The notes under the pieces were generated by a model that searched no databases, was not told where the DNA came from, and worked only from the letters and a program-made list of their open reading frames with translations. The translations under genes were made by a program, and so were the position numbers. Shown in pieces: positions 27,220-36,793 of a stretch of 64,000 nucleotides of DNA. Position 1 is the stretch's first letter. Each line of letters starts with the position of its first letter. Source of the stretch: Spirochaetia bacterium (GTDB lineage Bacteria; Spirochaetota; Spirochaetia; CAKZLE01); the NCBI GenBank assembly GCA_963677595.1, contig OY782041.1, positions 2,208,001-2,272,000 on the forward strand. The letters run 5' to 3'.

Positions 27220-27489
27220 TAAATACTTTATTAAGTCTTATATGTTGGCTTGTTCGAAATACCATTGGGAGCCAGCCATAAGCGATTACCTGTATCTGAC
27301 CCTGTTGTGAGGGCTAAAATTTTAATTTGATGCCATATTGACCCTTTGGTATGAACCGATGAAACTGTTTAGGGGAGCTTGTCAGTCGGAACAGATCCGG
27401 CTTTTAAGCTGGTTTACTACAGGTTTTGTAGTATTTGTAGATGTATATCCGATAAAACTTATAAAAGGTAATACATTTAAAGAAAAAAA

Positions 27490-27518
27490 TTGACAATAGG
27501 TTCAACCTATGGTAGCCT
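27490..27518 (+). promoter_or_regulatory. Sigma70 promoter with a palindrome in the spacer
   Basis: TTGACA-17 bp-TAGCCT; ATAGGTT-C-AACCTAT at 27496-27510. Confidence 0.6.
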
Positions 27519-27577
27519 ATATTCATAAATGGTATGAGTATTGCCTATTGTCATGATGAAATTGGAGAAGCTTGATA

Positions 27578-28615
27578 ATGAGGAATTTAGCTGCATATGT
27601 TGTAGAGAACAGGAAGATTGAGATCAGGGAAAGCGAGATGCCGGTATGCGGTGACCATGATGTCATGGTCAAGATCGAGTATTGCGGTGTCTGCGGATCT
27701 GATGTGCATTTCTACCAACATGGAGAACCAGCGTTCCCCGATGTCTATCCATTCATCCTTGGTCATGAATGTGCCGGGAAAGTGGTTGCGGTAGGAAGCA
27801 AGGTGACATCACACAAGATCGGGGACCGGGTAGCACTTGAACCCGGGATCACCTGCGGCTCCTGTGAGTGGTGTAAAGGTGGGAAGTATAACCTATGCCC
27901 GAATGTGAGATTTCTCTCTGCACCAACATATCAGGGGGCAATGAGGGAATTCGTCGTACATCCTGCGGAATTGTGCTTCATACTACCTGAGAACATCACC
28001 TCAATGGAGGGAGCCCTGATTGAGCCACTCGCTGTCGGGCTCAATGCAGCGACTAAATCAGGTATTACCATAGGAAAGAAGGCAGTCGTCCTCGGGGCAG
28101 GCTGCATAGGGCTTGTCACCTTACTGTCACTGAAGGCTATGGGGATCGATGACATCGCTGTAGTGGATCTGTTCGACATCAGGTTGGAGAAAGCGAAGGC
28201 TCTTGGGGCTGCCCATGTGGTGAATGCATCGGAGACCGATCCGATAGAGGCGGTTCGTTCGATCTTCGGCGGGATCGGTCCGGATTATGTGTTCGAGACA
28301 GCCGGCAGCATCCATACCGCGGAGCAGACCGTCTATATGGTGAAACGAGGCGGAACGATCGTGATGATCGGGAACACGGTCGGGAAGACGCCGTTCAATT
28401 TCCAGCTCTTCGTAGATAAAGAGGTCCAGATGCAGTCAGTCTTCAGGTACAGGAATATCTACCCCACCGCAATCGAGGCATTGAGGACGGGGAAGATCGA
28501 CCTGAGCCAGATCGTATCAAAGGTATTTGACTTTGAAGACACGATGGAAGCCTTTGAGGCGTCGATCCTTGAGAAACAGACGATGGTCAAGGCCGTTATC
28601 AAGATTAACGGATAG
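27578..28615 (+). CDS. ydjJ: Zn-dependent polyol/sorbitol dehydrogenase, YdjJ-like
   Basis: CGSDVH, GHE, C-x2-C-x2-C-x7-C, GAGCIG, VFRY; resembles E. coli YdjJ as recalled. Confidence 0.8.
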   Translation: MRNLAAYVVENRKIEIRESEMPVCGDHDVMVKIEYCGVCGSDVHFYQHGEPAFPDVYPFILGHECAGKVVAVGSKVTSHKIGDRVALEPGITCGSCEWCKGGKYNLCPNVRFLSAPTYQGAMREFVVHPAELCFILPENITSMEGALIEPLAVGLNAATKSGITIGKKAVVLGAGCIGLVTLLSLKAMGIDDIAVVDLFDIRLEKAKALGAAHVVNASETDPIEAVRSIFGGIGPDYVFETAGSIHTAEQTVYMVKRGGTIVMIGNTVGKTPFNFQLFVDKEVQMQSVFRYRNIYPTAIEALRTGKIDLSQIVSKVFDFEDTMEAFEASILEKQTMVKAVIKING

Positions 28616-28624
28616 GTGAAGTAC

Positions 28625-29572
28625 ATGGGTGAAGTCAAGGACGTAGTATGTGTTGGATTCGTGACTACCGATATCATGGCCAACGGGGTCGAGAAGATCG
28701 AGTTCGGTGGTGTGACCAATATCGTTGATTCAGTGAGTATGCATGTTGGCGGGGATGCGTTGAATGAGGCATTCACCCTGGCCCATCTTGGCCATAAAAC
28801 CGGCCTCATGTCACTGGTCGGCAGGGATGCACAAGGTGAGTTCGTCGCTGCTGAATGCAGGAAGGCCGGTGTTGATACTGAAGGGGTTGCAATCAGTGAT
28901 ACATACCCAACCTCCACGAGTGTGGTTCTCGTTGGGAGGGATGGACAGAGAAGTTTCATATCACAGCATGGAGGCTGTGCCGATGAATACTCCCTCGATG
29001 ATATCGACCTCTCGCTGATACAGCCGGGGACCCGGGTCGTCTCCATCGGGAGTATCTTCTGCAGTAAGAGCTTTGACCAGGGAGCACTTCGTGCTGTCCT
29101 GGAGAAGGCAAAGTCGGTCGGGGCTGTCACCATCGCGGATTTTGTGCCTAACCGCAATGAAGCGAATATCGAGGAGTTGAAGGAAGTCCTCCCCCTGCTT
29201 GATTATGTGGTCCCGAGTATCGAGGAAGCGGTACTGTATACCGGGTTATCGGACCTTGATGAGATAGCAGAGGCATTCCTGAAGGCTGGAGCCGGGACCG
29301 TTCTGATTAAGATGGGAAAGAAGGGCTCCTTCGCGAAGAATGAGCACGAGAGGCTTGAACTCCCGATATATGATGCGAAAGTCATCGATACGACTGGCGC
29401 CGGAGATAATTTTGTCGCAGGGTTCATATCCGGGTTGTTGAGGGATTACTCGCTGGAGGGGTGCCTGCAGGTTGGAACAGCGACTGCCGCTGTCTCTGTA
29501 GGTTCTATCGGGGCAACAACTGGCGTTCGCAGCTTTGCCCAAGTTCAGGAAGTCATACATAAGAATTCATAA
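28625..29572 (+). CDS. ydjH: PfkB-family sugar kinase, YdjH-like
   Basis: GGDALNEA, SIFCS..FDQGAL, LDEIAEAFL, DTTGAGDNFVAGFI, IGATTGV closely resemble E. coli YdjH as recalled; alternative GTG start at 28616. Confidence 0.82.
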   Translation: MGEVKDVVCVGFVTTDIMANGVEKIEFGGVTNIVDSVSMHVGGDALNEAFTLAHLGHKTGLMSLVGRDAQGEFVAAECRKAGVDTEGVAISDTYPTSTSVVLVGRDGQRSFISQHGGCADEYSLDDIDLSLIQPGTRVVSIGSIFCSKSFDQGALRAVLEKAKSVGAVTIADFVPNRNEANIEELKEVLPLLDYVVPSIEEAVLYTGLSDLDEIAEAFLKAGAGTVLIKMGKKGSFAKNEHERLELPIYDAKVIDTTGAGDNFVAGFISGLLRDYSLEGCLQVGTATAAVSVGSIGATTGVRSFAQVQEVIHKNS

Positions 29573-29584
29573 GGGAGTTATGTC

Positions 29585-30691
29585 ATGGATCATAAGATAG
29601 CGAAAGTAAGTGTTCATCTTGTGTCATACCCGATCAATGAAGGGTATCAGGATGCTACAAGAACAGTAGAGACGATTGGGTTCACTATAGTTCGTATTGT
29701 CACCGACCAGGGACTGGAAGGGTTCGGGGTAACCTACCACGAGGTTGGCGGAGAAGCGATCAAGACACTTATCGAGAAGAACATGGTCCATAAGCTTATC
29801 GGGCGGGACCCCTTCCAGACTGAGGTTATTTGGCAGGAATTCTTCCATTACCTGCGGGGAGTAGGACGGAAAGGGTTAACCTTCTGTGCGATCAGTGCCA
29901 TCGATATAGCGTTGTGGGACTTGAAGGGGAAGATCCTGGGTATGCCGCTCTATAAACTGTTTGGCGGTGTAGAGACGAAGATCCCCGTGTATGGGAGCGG
30001 CGGCTGGGTCTCGTTCTCTGATGATGACCTGGTAGCTGAGATGAAAGGTATCGTTGACCAGGGATACTCCATGATCAAGTTCAAAGTCGGGTACGACGGC
30101 GGGACCAAACCCGGCCGGGACCTGGAACGTGTACGGAAGGTCAGGGAGGCTGTAGGGCCCGATATCGGGATCATGCTGGATGCCAACAACTGCTGGGATG
30201 CCGGTACGAGTGTCTATTTTGCCAATCGGGTCAAGGAATATGACATCATGTTCTTAGAGGAACCGGTCTTTGCGGACGATATTCCGGGCCTTGCCAGATA
30301 CAAACATGGCACAGACCTGCCCCTGGCTACCGGGGAGCATGAGTATACCAAGTTTGGGGTTCGCGACCTGGTCCTCAACAATGCCGCTGATATCATCCAG
30401 GTCGATGGTACCCGCGCAGGTGGGTTCACCGAGATGCTGAAGATCGCTGCGATAACACAGGCCTGGAACCTCAAGTTCGCGCCGCACGCGATGGAGAACT
30501 TACAGATCCACCTGGTGAGTGCAGCTTATAATTCACTTTTCCTGGAACGCCTGCTGATGTTCGAGGAAGTAACCTCTCTTGTCTTTGATAATCCACCCAT
30601 GCCCGAGAATGGCTATATGCATATTCCTGACCTTCCTGGTTTGGGGCTGAAGCTGGATTTGGATTTCATCAAAGAGCATGATGAAGCGTAA
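29585..30691 (+). CDS. Mandelate racemase/enolase-superfamily enzyme (probable acid-sugar dehydratase)
   Basis: SAIDIALWDLKGK, KFK, DANN, EEP, GEH, APH, PGLG. Confidence 0.92.
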   Translation: MDHKIAKVSVHLVSYPINEGYQDATRTVETIGFTIVRIVTDQGLEGFGVTYHEVGGEAIKTLIEKNMVHKLIGRDPFQTEVIWQEFFHYLRGVGRKGLTFCAISAIDIALWDLKGKILGMPLYKLFGGVETKIPVYGSGGWVSFSDDDLVAEMKGIVDQGYSMIKFKVGYDGGTKPGRDLERVRKVREAVGPDIGIMLDANNCWDAGTSVYFANRVKEYDIMFLEEPVFADDIPGLARYKHGTDLPLATGEHEYTKFGVRDLVLNNAADIIQVDGTRAGGFTEMLKIAAITQAWNLKFAPHAMENLQIHLVSAAYNSLFLERLLMFEEVTSLVFDNPPMPENGYMHIPDLPGLGLKLDLDFIKEHDEA

Positions 30692-30974
30692 AGCATAATC
30701 CGCTGTTGATCGAATCAGTCATGGTTTCGGGGCTTGTGTTGAGACTGAGACCCGAACGTCAATCTTACTCATCATAGCAGCTTTGGATGAATAGCGATCC
30801 ATGTACGGATAGTAACAGGAGGTATTCAGGACAAAGAGACATTGCATGCGGTTTGTAGTTTGGAGGGGTAGGGTTTTATACAGTCTCTGAGGCGTGAGAC
30901 TGTCCATTGCTCTATATGATCTATGTAATCAACCCTTAACCATTGATTAAGGTTGAAAAGGATAAAAGGAGAAA

Positions 30975-32477
30975 ATGATTATGAAGAAACTAATCGTTTC
31001 CGTGCTTCTTCTCAGCGTACTGCTGACTGGAGCGTTCGCAGGTGGTGCAGCTGAGAAAGCTACCACGTCTGACAGCGGGCTTCCCTATGAGGAGCTGGTA
31101 ATCTACTGGCTCAAGATCGGTGAAGCTTCTGACATGCCGAGAATACAGGCAAAGGTTAATGAGATCCTGATGGATAAGCTCAACTGTGAGGTAAGGTTCG
31201 AAGTGATCGATACCGCTGAGTTCTCACAGCAGTTCACCCTGGCTATGGCTTCCGGTGAGCAGGTCGACCTGGCAATCTCCGGGGACTGGATCAACTATTC
31301 CACCAACGTGGCTAGTGAGATGTACGTTCCTATCGATGATCTCCTGGCAAAATACGGTTCAGACCTTAAGAAATATGTCCCCGAGGATATCATTGCATGT
31401 TCGAACTATAAAGGGAAACCCTATGGTGTAGCTTCTATCCGTGAATGGGCAACTGACTTCGGCTGGACAGGTAGAACAGATATCCTGGACAAATACAACA
31501 TCGACCGAGCAGCGATCAAGACTTGGGAAGACCTTACCCCCGTTTTCAAGACTATCGTTGACGGCGAAGGCGTCCCTGTCGTCATCTATGAATCAGCTGG
31601 TGACTCCGTCATTTCCGGTTTCTATTCTGGTTACTTCGATTCCCTTTCTGACTTCAACGGCGTACTTGACTTCAGCGTTGACAATATGACAAGTACGAAG
31701 GTCGTGAACATGTTCGAGACTCCTTCATACCTGAGGTTCGCGAAACTGGTCAAGACGTGGAATGATATTGGCGCTATCCCCCCTAACGCATCAACCATGA
31801 CAGAAGCACATAATACGCTCCTGAGGGCAGGTTCTGTTCTCGGATATATCTCCAAGATGAAACCTGGATATGACAACAAGGAATCGATCTCCAATGGCTA
31901 TGACGTAGAGTCTATCCACCTGTCAGATATCGTCCAGTCAACTGGTACGGTTGCCAACATCATGTACTCGATTCCTTATACCACGGTCGACGCAGACCGA
32001 GCTATGATGGTCATGAATGAGATGTACAGCAATCCTGAGATCGTCAACCTCCTCTCTTATGGTGAAGAGGGTGTAGACTACAAGGTAGGAAGTGACGGTA
32101 TCGCAATGTTCGCTGACGGCGTGACCTCGCAGAATGCGACCTATAACCCAACCTGGAGCTGGATGGTCGGTAACCAGTTCCTTGCTCACCCATGGGTACC
32201 GGATGCCAATACTATCTGGGATGAGACTGCGGCATTCAATGACCTTGGTCAGAAATCACCTGCTTTCGGGTTCATCTTCGATCCTACACCGGTATCTGCT
32301 GAGACCGCTGCAGTTGAGAACGTGAAGGCACAGTATGAGGACGCGATCGGTAATGGTGAAGTGGCAAATGTTGAAGCAGCTATCGCTGAATTCAATGACG
32401 CCCTGTACAAAGCCGGTCTCCAGAAGATCATGGATGAGAAGACAAAGCAGCTCAATGCATATCTCTCATCAAACTAA
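30975..32477 (+). CDS. Carbohydrate ABC transporter substrate-binding protein (DUF3502 type)
   Basis: Signal peptide FAGGAAE, LAMASGEQVDL, YGEEGVDY, SPAFGFIFDPTPV, LYKAGLQKI...QL. Confidence 0.9.
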   Translation: MIMKKLIVSVLLLSVLLTGAFAGGAAEKATTSDSGLPYEELVIYWLKIGEASDMPRIQAKVNEILMDKLNCEVRFEVIDTAEFSQQFTLAMASGEQVDLAISGDWINYSTNVASEMYVPIDDLLAKYGSDLKKYVPEDIIACSNYKGKPYGVASIREWATDFGWTGRTDILDKYNIDRAAIKTWEDLTPVFKTIVDGEGVPVVIYESAGDSVISGFYSGYFDSLSDFNGVLDFSVDNMTSTKVVNMFETPSYLRFAKLVKTWNDIGAIPPNASTMTEAHNTLLRAGSVLGYISKMKPGYDNKESISNGYDVESIHLSDIVQSTGTVANIMYSIPYTTVDADRAMMVMNEMYSNPEIVNLLSYGEEGVDYKVGSDGIAMFADGVTSQNATYNPTWSWMVGNQFLAHPWVPDANTIWDETAAFNDLGQKSPAFGFIFDPTPVSAETAAVENVKAQYEDAIGNGEVANVEAAIAEFNDALYKAGLQKIMDEKTKQLNAYLSSN

Positions 32478-32510
32478 TGATCCAACAGTAGTTGGAATCT
32501 GATGTTCACG

Positions 32511-32531
32511 CGGGGGAGGGTTCCTCCCCCG
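32511..32531 (+). other. GC-rich stem-loop after the SBP gene
   Basis: CGGGGGAGG-GTT-CCTCCCCCG. Confidence 0.55.
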
Positions 32532-32565
32532 TTGTGATCTAGCTTTAGAATACGTAACGAGTGCT

Positions 32566-33390
32566 ATGCAGAGAGATACCTTCCAGCTGAGTTTCTGCCA
32601 GCCCTGCTTTCAGGGTGAGGGACTGGAAACCAGTCTAAAAAGATTGAAGCGACTTGGGTATGATGGGGTTGAGCTTTCCGGCGATCTGGCTGAGACTGTA
32701 CCAGTACTGGAGCTGCTCAAACGGTATGATCTGACTTGCTTCTCGATTAACGGGCTCTATACAGAGGATCGTGATCTTTCTTCGAAAGATGCTTCTGTAC
32801 GGAGCAATGCAGTAACATACTGCAGGACCTGCATCGATACGGCTGCCCAGCTTGATGCAAAGGTCGTGATCATCGTCCCGACCTTCATCGGCAAGCTGGG
32901 ACCGGAGACAACGGTCGAAGCTGAGTGGGCACATGTGGTTTCAGGCTTGAAACAGGTTGCCGAGTATGCTGAAGATGCAGGCATATGGATTGTCGTGGAA
33001 TCGGTGAATCGATATGAGTCCTATCTGGTCAACAGGCTGGGGACTCAATATGAGTTGCTGCGTGAAGTAGACAACCCGGCAGTGAGGATGATGGGAGACC
33101 TGTTCCACATGAACATTGAAGAGGCGGATATCTGCGAAAGTATCAAGCGATATGCTCCCTGGTTGAAGCATATGCATATTGCAGATAATCATCGCCGGCC
33201 GATAGGGATGGGCAGCTTGCCCATGAAAGAGATCATACAGTCATTACATCAGGCAGGCTGGGATATGCCCCTGACTATGGAGTATGATCATTTGGTACCG
33301 GGTACGAACGGTATCATCTCGAGAGTGAATGAACCTGAGATCTACGATAGATATGCCGGGGTTGCGGCAGAGACTATCAGACGACTGTGA
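32566..33390 (+). CDS. Sugar phosphate isomerase/epimerase (ketose 3-epimerase-like TIM barrel)
   Basis: GYDGVEL, ESVNRYE, DLFHMNIEE, HMHIADNHR..G.G, E ligands. Confidence 0.88.
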   Translation: MQRDTFQLSFCQPCFQGEGLETSLKRLKRLGYDGVELSGDLAETVPVLELLKRYDLTCFSINGLYTEDRDLSSKDASVRSNAVTYCRTCIDTAAQLDAKVVIIVPTFIGKLGPETTVEAEWAHVVSGLKQVAEYAEDAGIWIVVESVNRYESYLVNRLGTQYELLREVDNPAVRMMGDLFHMNIEEADICESIKRYAPWLKHMHIADNHRRPIGMGSLPMKEIIQSLHQAGWDMPLTMEYDHLVPGTNGIISRVNEPEIYDRYAGVAAETIRRL

Positions 33391-33459
33391 ATGTAGCTGT
33401 CATGGAACCTGATGGTAAGGGGACATGGATTACTATACTAAACAACATAGAGGTGTGAA

Positions 33460-34533
33460 ATGAAAGCGGTAATTAAGAAAGGGTATGAAGATCATCTTAT
33501 TGAATATACGGATATCCCGAAACCTGAGGTAGGGGAATTCGATGTCCTGGTAAAAGTCAAGGCAGCAGGTATCTGCGGATCTGATCTATCCCTGTTATAC
33601 GGCAAAGTCGAAGGGAAGACCGTTGATTACCCAATAGTCATCGGGCATGAGTTTTCCGGTGAGATCGTTGAAGTAGGGGAGAAAGTCACTGCATGGAAAG
33701 TCGGTGACCGGGTCATCTCTGATAATACCGGATATGTCTGCGGGAAGTGCCATGCCTGTGCGAGCGGCCAATACCTGTTCTGTGCTGATAGAAAGGGCAT
33801 GGGCAATGATATGGACGGTGGGTTTGCCCAGTACGTGAAGATACCGGGCCAAGTCCTCAACGTCTTCCCCAACTGTCTCCAAGAAGTCCCTGAAGGGGTT
33901 TCCTTTGAATATGCAGCTGCTATCGAACCGTTCTGCAACGCCTACAAGGCCGTAATCCAGGAAGCCAGGCTTCTTCCTGGCCAGACTATCGTTGTGTTCG
34001 GGGCTGGGGCTCTCGGCCTGTTCAGCATCCAGGCTGCCAATATCGGCAGTGCGGGCAAGATCATCGTCGTCGGTACGAGTGATGATGAGGAAGTCAGGTT
34101 CAAGAAGGCTGCGATCCTGGGAGCAACAGATTTTGTCGTAGCCGACAAGGATGATGTTGTGACCAAGATCAAGGAGATTGCGGGACCGGAAGGTGTAGCT
34201 GTCGCTGTAGATTGTGCCGGGCCTGGTATTGTCCTCAAGCAGTCCATCGATATCGTTCGTAATGGAGGTATCATCGTAAAGATCGGATACAGCCACAAGC
34301 CTCTTGATTTCTCACTCGACACCATGGCATTGAAGGGAATCACTCTTATCGGGCACATGGGGTATGACACCGCATCGTGGAAGAATAGCCTGGTACTCCT
34401 GAAGGACGGAAGGGTGAACATGGATGCGATCATCTCCCACACCCTGCCGCTTGAAAAGTGGGAGGAGGGGTTCACCCTCGTGAAAGAGCGAAAGGCAACG
34501 AAGGTCCTGTTGATCCCACCTGCTGAAGCATAA
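33460..34533 (+). CDS. ydjL: Zn-dependent dehydrogenase, YdjL-like
   Basis: GHEF, WKVGDRVISDNTGYVCG, CNAYKA..Q..LLPGQ, KPLDFS, IGHMGYDTASWKN closely resemble E. coli YdjL as recalled. Confidence 0.85.
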   Translation: MKAVIKKGYEDHLIEYTDIPKPEVGEFDVLVKVKAAGICGSDLSLLYGKVEGKTVDYPIVIGHEFSGEIVEVGEKVTAWKVGDRVISDNTGYVCGKCHACASGQYLFCADRKGMGNDMDGGFAQYVKIPGQVLNVFPNCLQEVPEGVSFEYAAAIEPFCNAYKAVIQEARLLPGQTIVVFGAGALGLFSIQAANIGSAGKIIVVGTSDDEEVRFKKAAILGATDFVVADKDDVVTKIKEIAGPEGVAVAVDCAGPGIVLKQSIDIVRNGGIIVKIGYSHKPLDFSLDTMALKGITLIGHMGYDTASWKNSLVLLKDGRVNMDAIISHTLPLEKWEEGFTLVKERKATKVLLIPPAEA

Positions 34534-34609
34534 GATACGGGATTATATGAACATGAGTCCTATGGTAAGCGATACGATTTTTAAGCGAAAGGAATAATCG
34601 AGGTATTCT

Positions 34610-35572
34610 ATGAAGAAAGACATTTCAACAAGTGGGAGGGGTAACGGTCTCACAGCCGGTAAGAAGTACTGGCGTATCCGTCGGGTGATTCCATTATTCC
34701 TCATGATGGCACCCGGGCTCTTATACCTCTTCGTGAACAATTATCTGCCGTTGAGTTATCTCTGGGTAGCTTTCAAGAATGTCCACTTTGCCAAGGGGCT
34801 GTGGGCAAGTCCCTGGTCTGGTCTGGATAACTTCCTGTATCTGTTCAAGACACATGATGCATGGGTGATCACCCGGAACACCGTCGGATACAATCTCTGT
34901 TTCATCACCGCGAACACCGTGTTCCCCATTGCCCTTGCCCTGATGCTGAATGAGGTTCGGAGGACATCATTGAAGAAATTCTTCCAGACGACTATCCTGA
35001 TCCCATACCTGCTCTCGATGGTAATCGTCGGATACCTGGTCTATGCCCTGTTGGCTGATGATACCGGTGTTATCAACAACTCGGTAATGGGCTGGTTCAA
35101 TCTTGAACCGGTGAAATGGTACAGTACCCCCAATAAGTGGGTAGGAATCCTTAATATCGTGAATATCTGGAAGAATGCCGGGTATTATACCATCATCTAT
35201 TATGCTGCCATCATCGGTATCGGGCCGGAGTATTATGAAGCAGCCGCTATCGATGGTGCGAACCTCTGGCAGAGACTTACCAAAGTCACGCTGCCAATGA
35301 TCAGTACGGTGATCATCACACTGGTATTCCTCCAGGTCGGGAAGATATTCTATTCAGACTTCGGGATGTTCTATCAGGTACCGTTGAACACCGGGGCCCT
35401 GCTGCCTACCACCAATGTCATTGATACCTATGTATATCGTGCCCTGCTGCAATTAGGGAATATCGGCATGTCGGCTGCAGCATGTATCTATCAGTCCGTC
35501 GTGGGATTCCTCATCATCATCAGTGCGAATGCGGTCGTTCGGCGAACAAGTCCTGAAAATGCGATTTTCTAA
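34610..35572 (+). CDS. Carbohydrate ABC permease (LplB-like)
   Basis: SPWSGLDNF, YEAAAIDGA EAA motif, VIDTYVYR. Confidence 0.93.
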   Translation: MKKDISTSGRGNGLTAGKKYWRIRRVIPLFLMMAPGLLYLFVNNYLPLSYLWVAFKNVHFAKGLWASPWSGLDNFLYLFKTHDAWVITRNTVGYNLCFITANTVFPIALALMLNEVRRTSLKKFFQTTILIPYLLSMVIVGYLVYALLADDTGVINNSVMGWFNLEPVKWYSTPNKWVGILNIVNIWKNAGYYTIIYYAAIIGIGPEYYEAAAIDGANLWQRLTKVTLPMISTVIITLVFLQVGKIFYSDFGMFYQVPLNTGALLPTTNVIDTYVYRALLQLGNIGMSAAACIYQSVVGFLIIISANAVVRRTSPENAIF

Positions 35573-35582
35573 GGTGAAGCAA

Positions 35583-36473
35583 ATGAAAAAGAAACGAAGT
35601 ATACAGCAAATAGTCCTTGTGGCGATGTTCACGATTATATCTTTGATGTGCGTGATCCCCCTTGTGATCATCATCTCTGCATCGTTCACCGACAACCTGG
35701 TGATCGTGCGGGAAGGATACTCCTTGCTCCCACGATCATTCAGCCTGGATGCATATAACTATCTCGGCACCCAGTTCGATCGAATCCTGAGAGCCTATTC
35801 TGTCACGATCGTGCTCACCGTCGTTGGTGTCGCCATCGGAATTACCATAACATCCTTGCTGGCCTATCCGTTATCGAGGCCGAACCTCCCGTTCAGGAGA
35901 GGGCTCATGTTCTTCGTGTTCTTCACCATGCTCTTCAATTCAGGACTGGTCCCGACCTATATGGTGTATATCAAGATCTTCAATATCAAGAACACCTGGT
36001 TCGCCCTGCTCATCCCCTGGCTGCTTACTAACGGGTTCAATGTCCTGTTGATGCGGACGTTCTTCGCAGGGATCCCTGAATCTCTGATCGAGTCCGCACG
36101 GATCGACGGGTATGGTGAATTCTCGATTTTCCGTCTGATCGTCGTCCCGTTATCGAAGCCTATTGTTTCTACCATGGGAGTCCTCTATATGATCGTCTAC
36201 TGGAATGACTGGTATAATGGAATGATCTTCATCACCGACCCTTCAAAATACAGTCTCCAGAACCTGCTGAACCGAATACTGCAGAATGCACAGTTCATCG
36301 CAAACAATGCAAGCCTGAGCTCCAATGTTACATCCAGTGTGATGGACAGTCTCCCGTTGGCTTCAGTACGGATGGCGATGGCTGTCCTTGGAGCCATGCC
36401 CCTGCTCATCTTCTACCCGTTCTTCCAGAAGTATCTGGTAAAGGGACTGGTCGTTGGTGCGGTAAAGGGGTAA
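35583..36473 (+). CDS. Carbohydrate ABC permease (LplC-like)
   Basis: LIESARIDG EAA motif, YWNDWY, YPFFQKY..KG...GAVKG. Confidence 0.93.
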   Translation: MKKKRSIQQIVLVAMFTIISLMCVIPLVIIISASFTDNLVIVREGYSLLPRSFSLDAYNYLGTQFDRILRAYSVTIVLTVVGVAIGITITSLLAYPLSRPNLPFRRGLMFFVFFTMLFNSGLVPTYMVYIKIFNIKNTWFALLIPWLLTNGFNVLLMRTFFAGIPESLIESARIDGYGEFSIFRLIVVPLSKPIVSTMGVLYMIVYWNDWYNGMIFITDPSKYSLQNLLNRILQNAQFIANNASLSSNVTSSVMDSLPLASVRMAMAVLGAMPLLIFYPFFQKYLVKGLVVGAVKG

Positions 36474-36559
36474 TCAGCACCTGTGACACATGCAGGGAGG
36501 AGAGACTATGGGCAACTGTGGTGACCCATCGGTCGTAAAGGTGTAGATCCTGTTTCGGG

Positions 36560-36644
36560 CACAACGAAGCTTCTTGTACTTTTGTACAGGGAGCTTCACT
36601 TGTATACAGTTGTCTTCCCAGGGTTCCTGATACTAACTGGATAT
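36560..36644 (+). repeat. Degenerate direct repeat, copy B
   Basis: CACAACGAAGCTTCTTGT..GTACAGGGAGCTT..GTATACAGTTGTCTTCCCAGG..CTAACTGGATAT matches 20341-20417. Confidence 0.8.
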
Positions 36645-36793
36645 AGCCCAAAGAAAGGGCAGATCCCCCTTTTCAAGATCAGAAACAGCTTTCTCCTTGC
36701 GCCCAGCTAGTGATTGAATTATACTTTTTACAAGAAGAACAATTAAATTAGTCAGGTTATGTATCAGCTTTTCTTGATGTGGTGGGGGATGCA

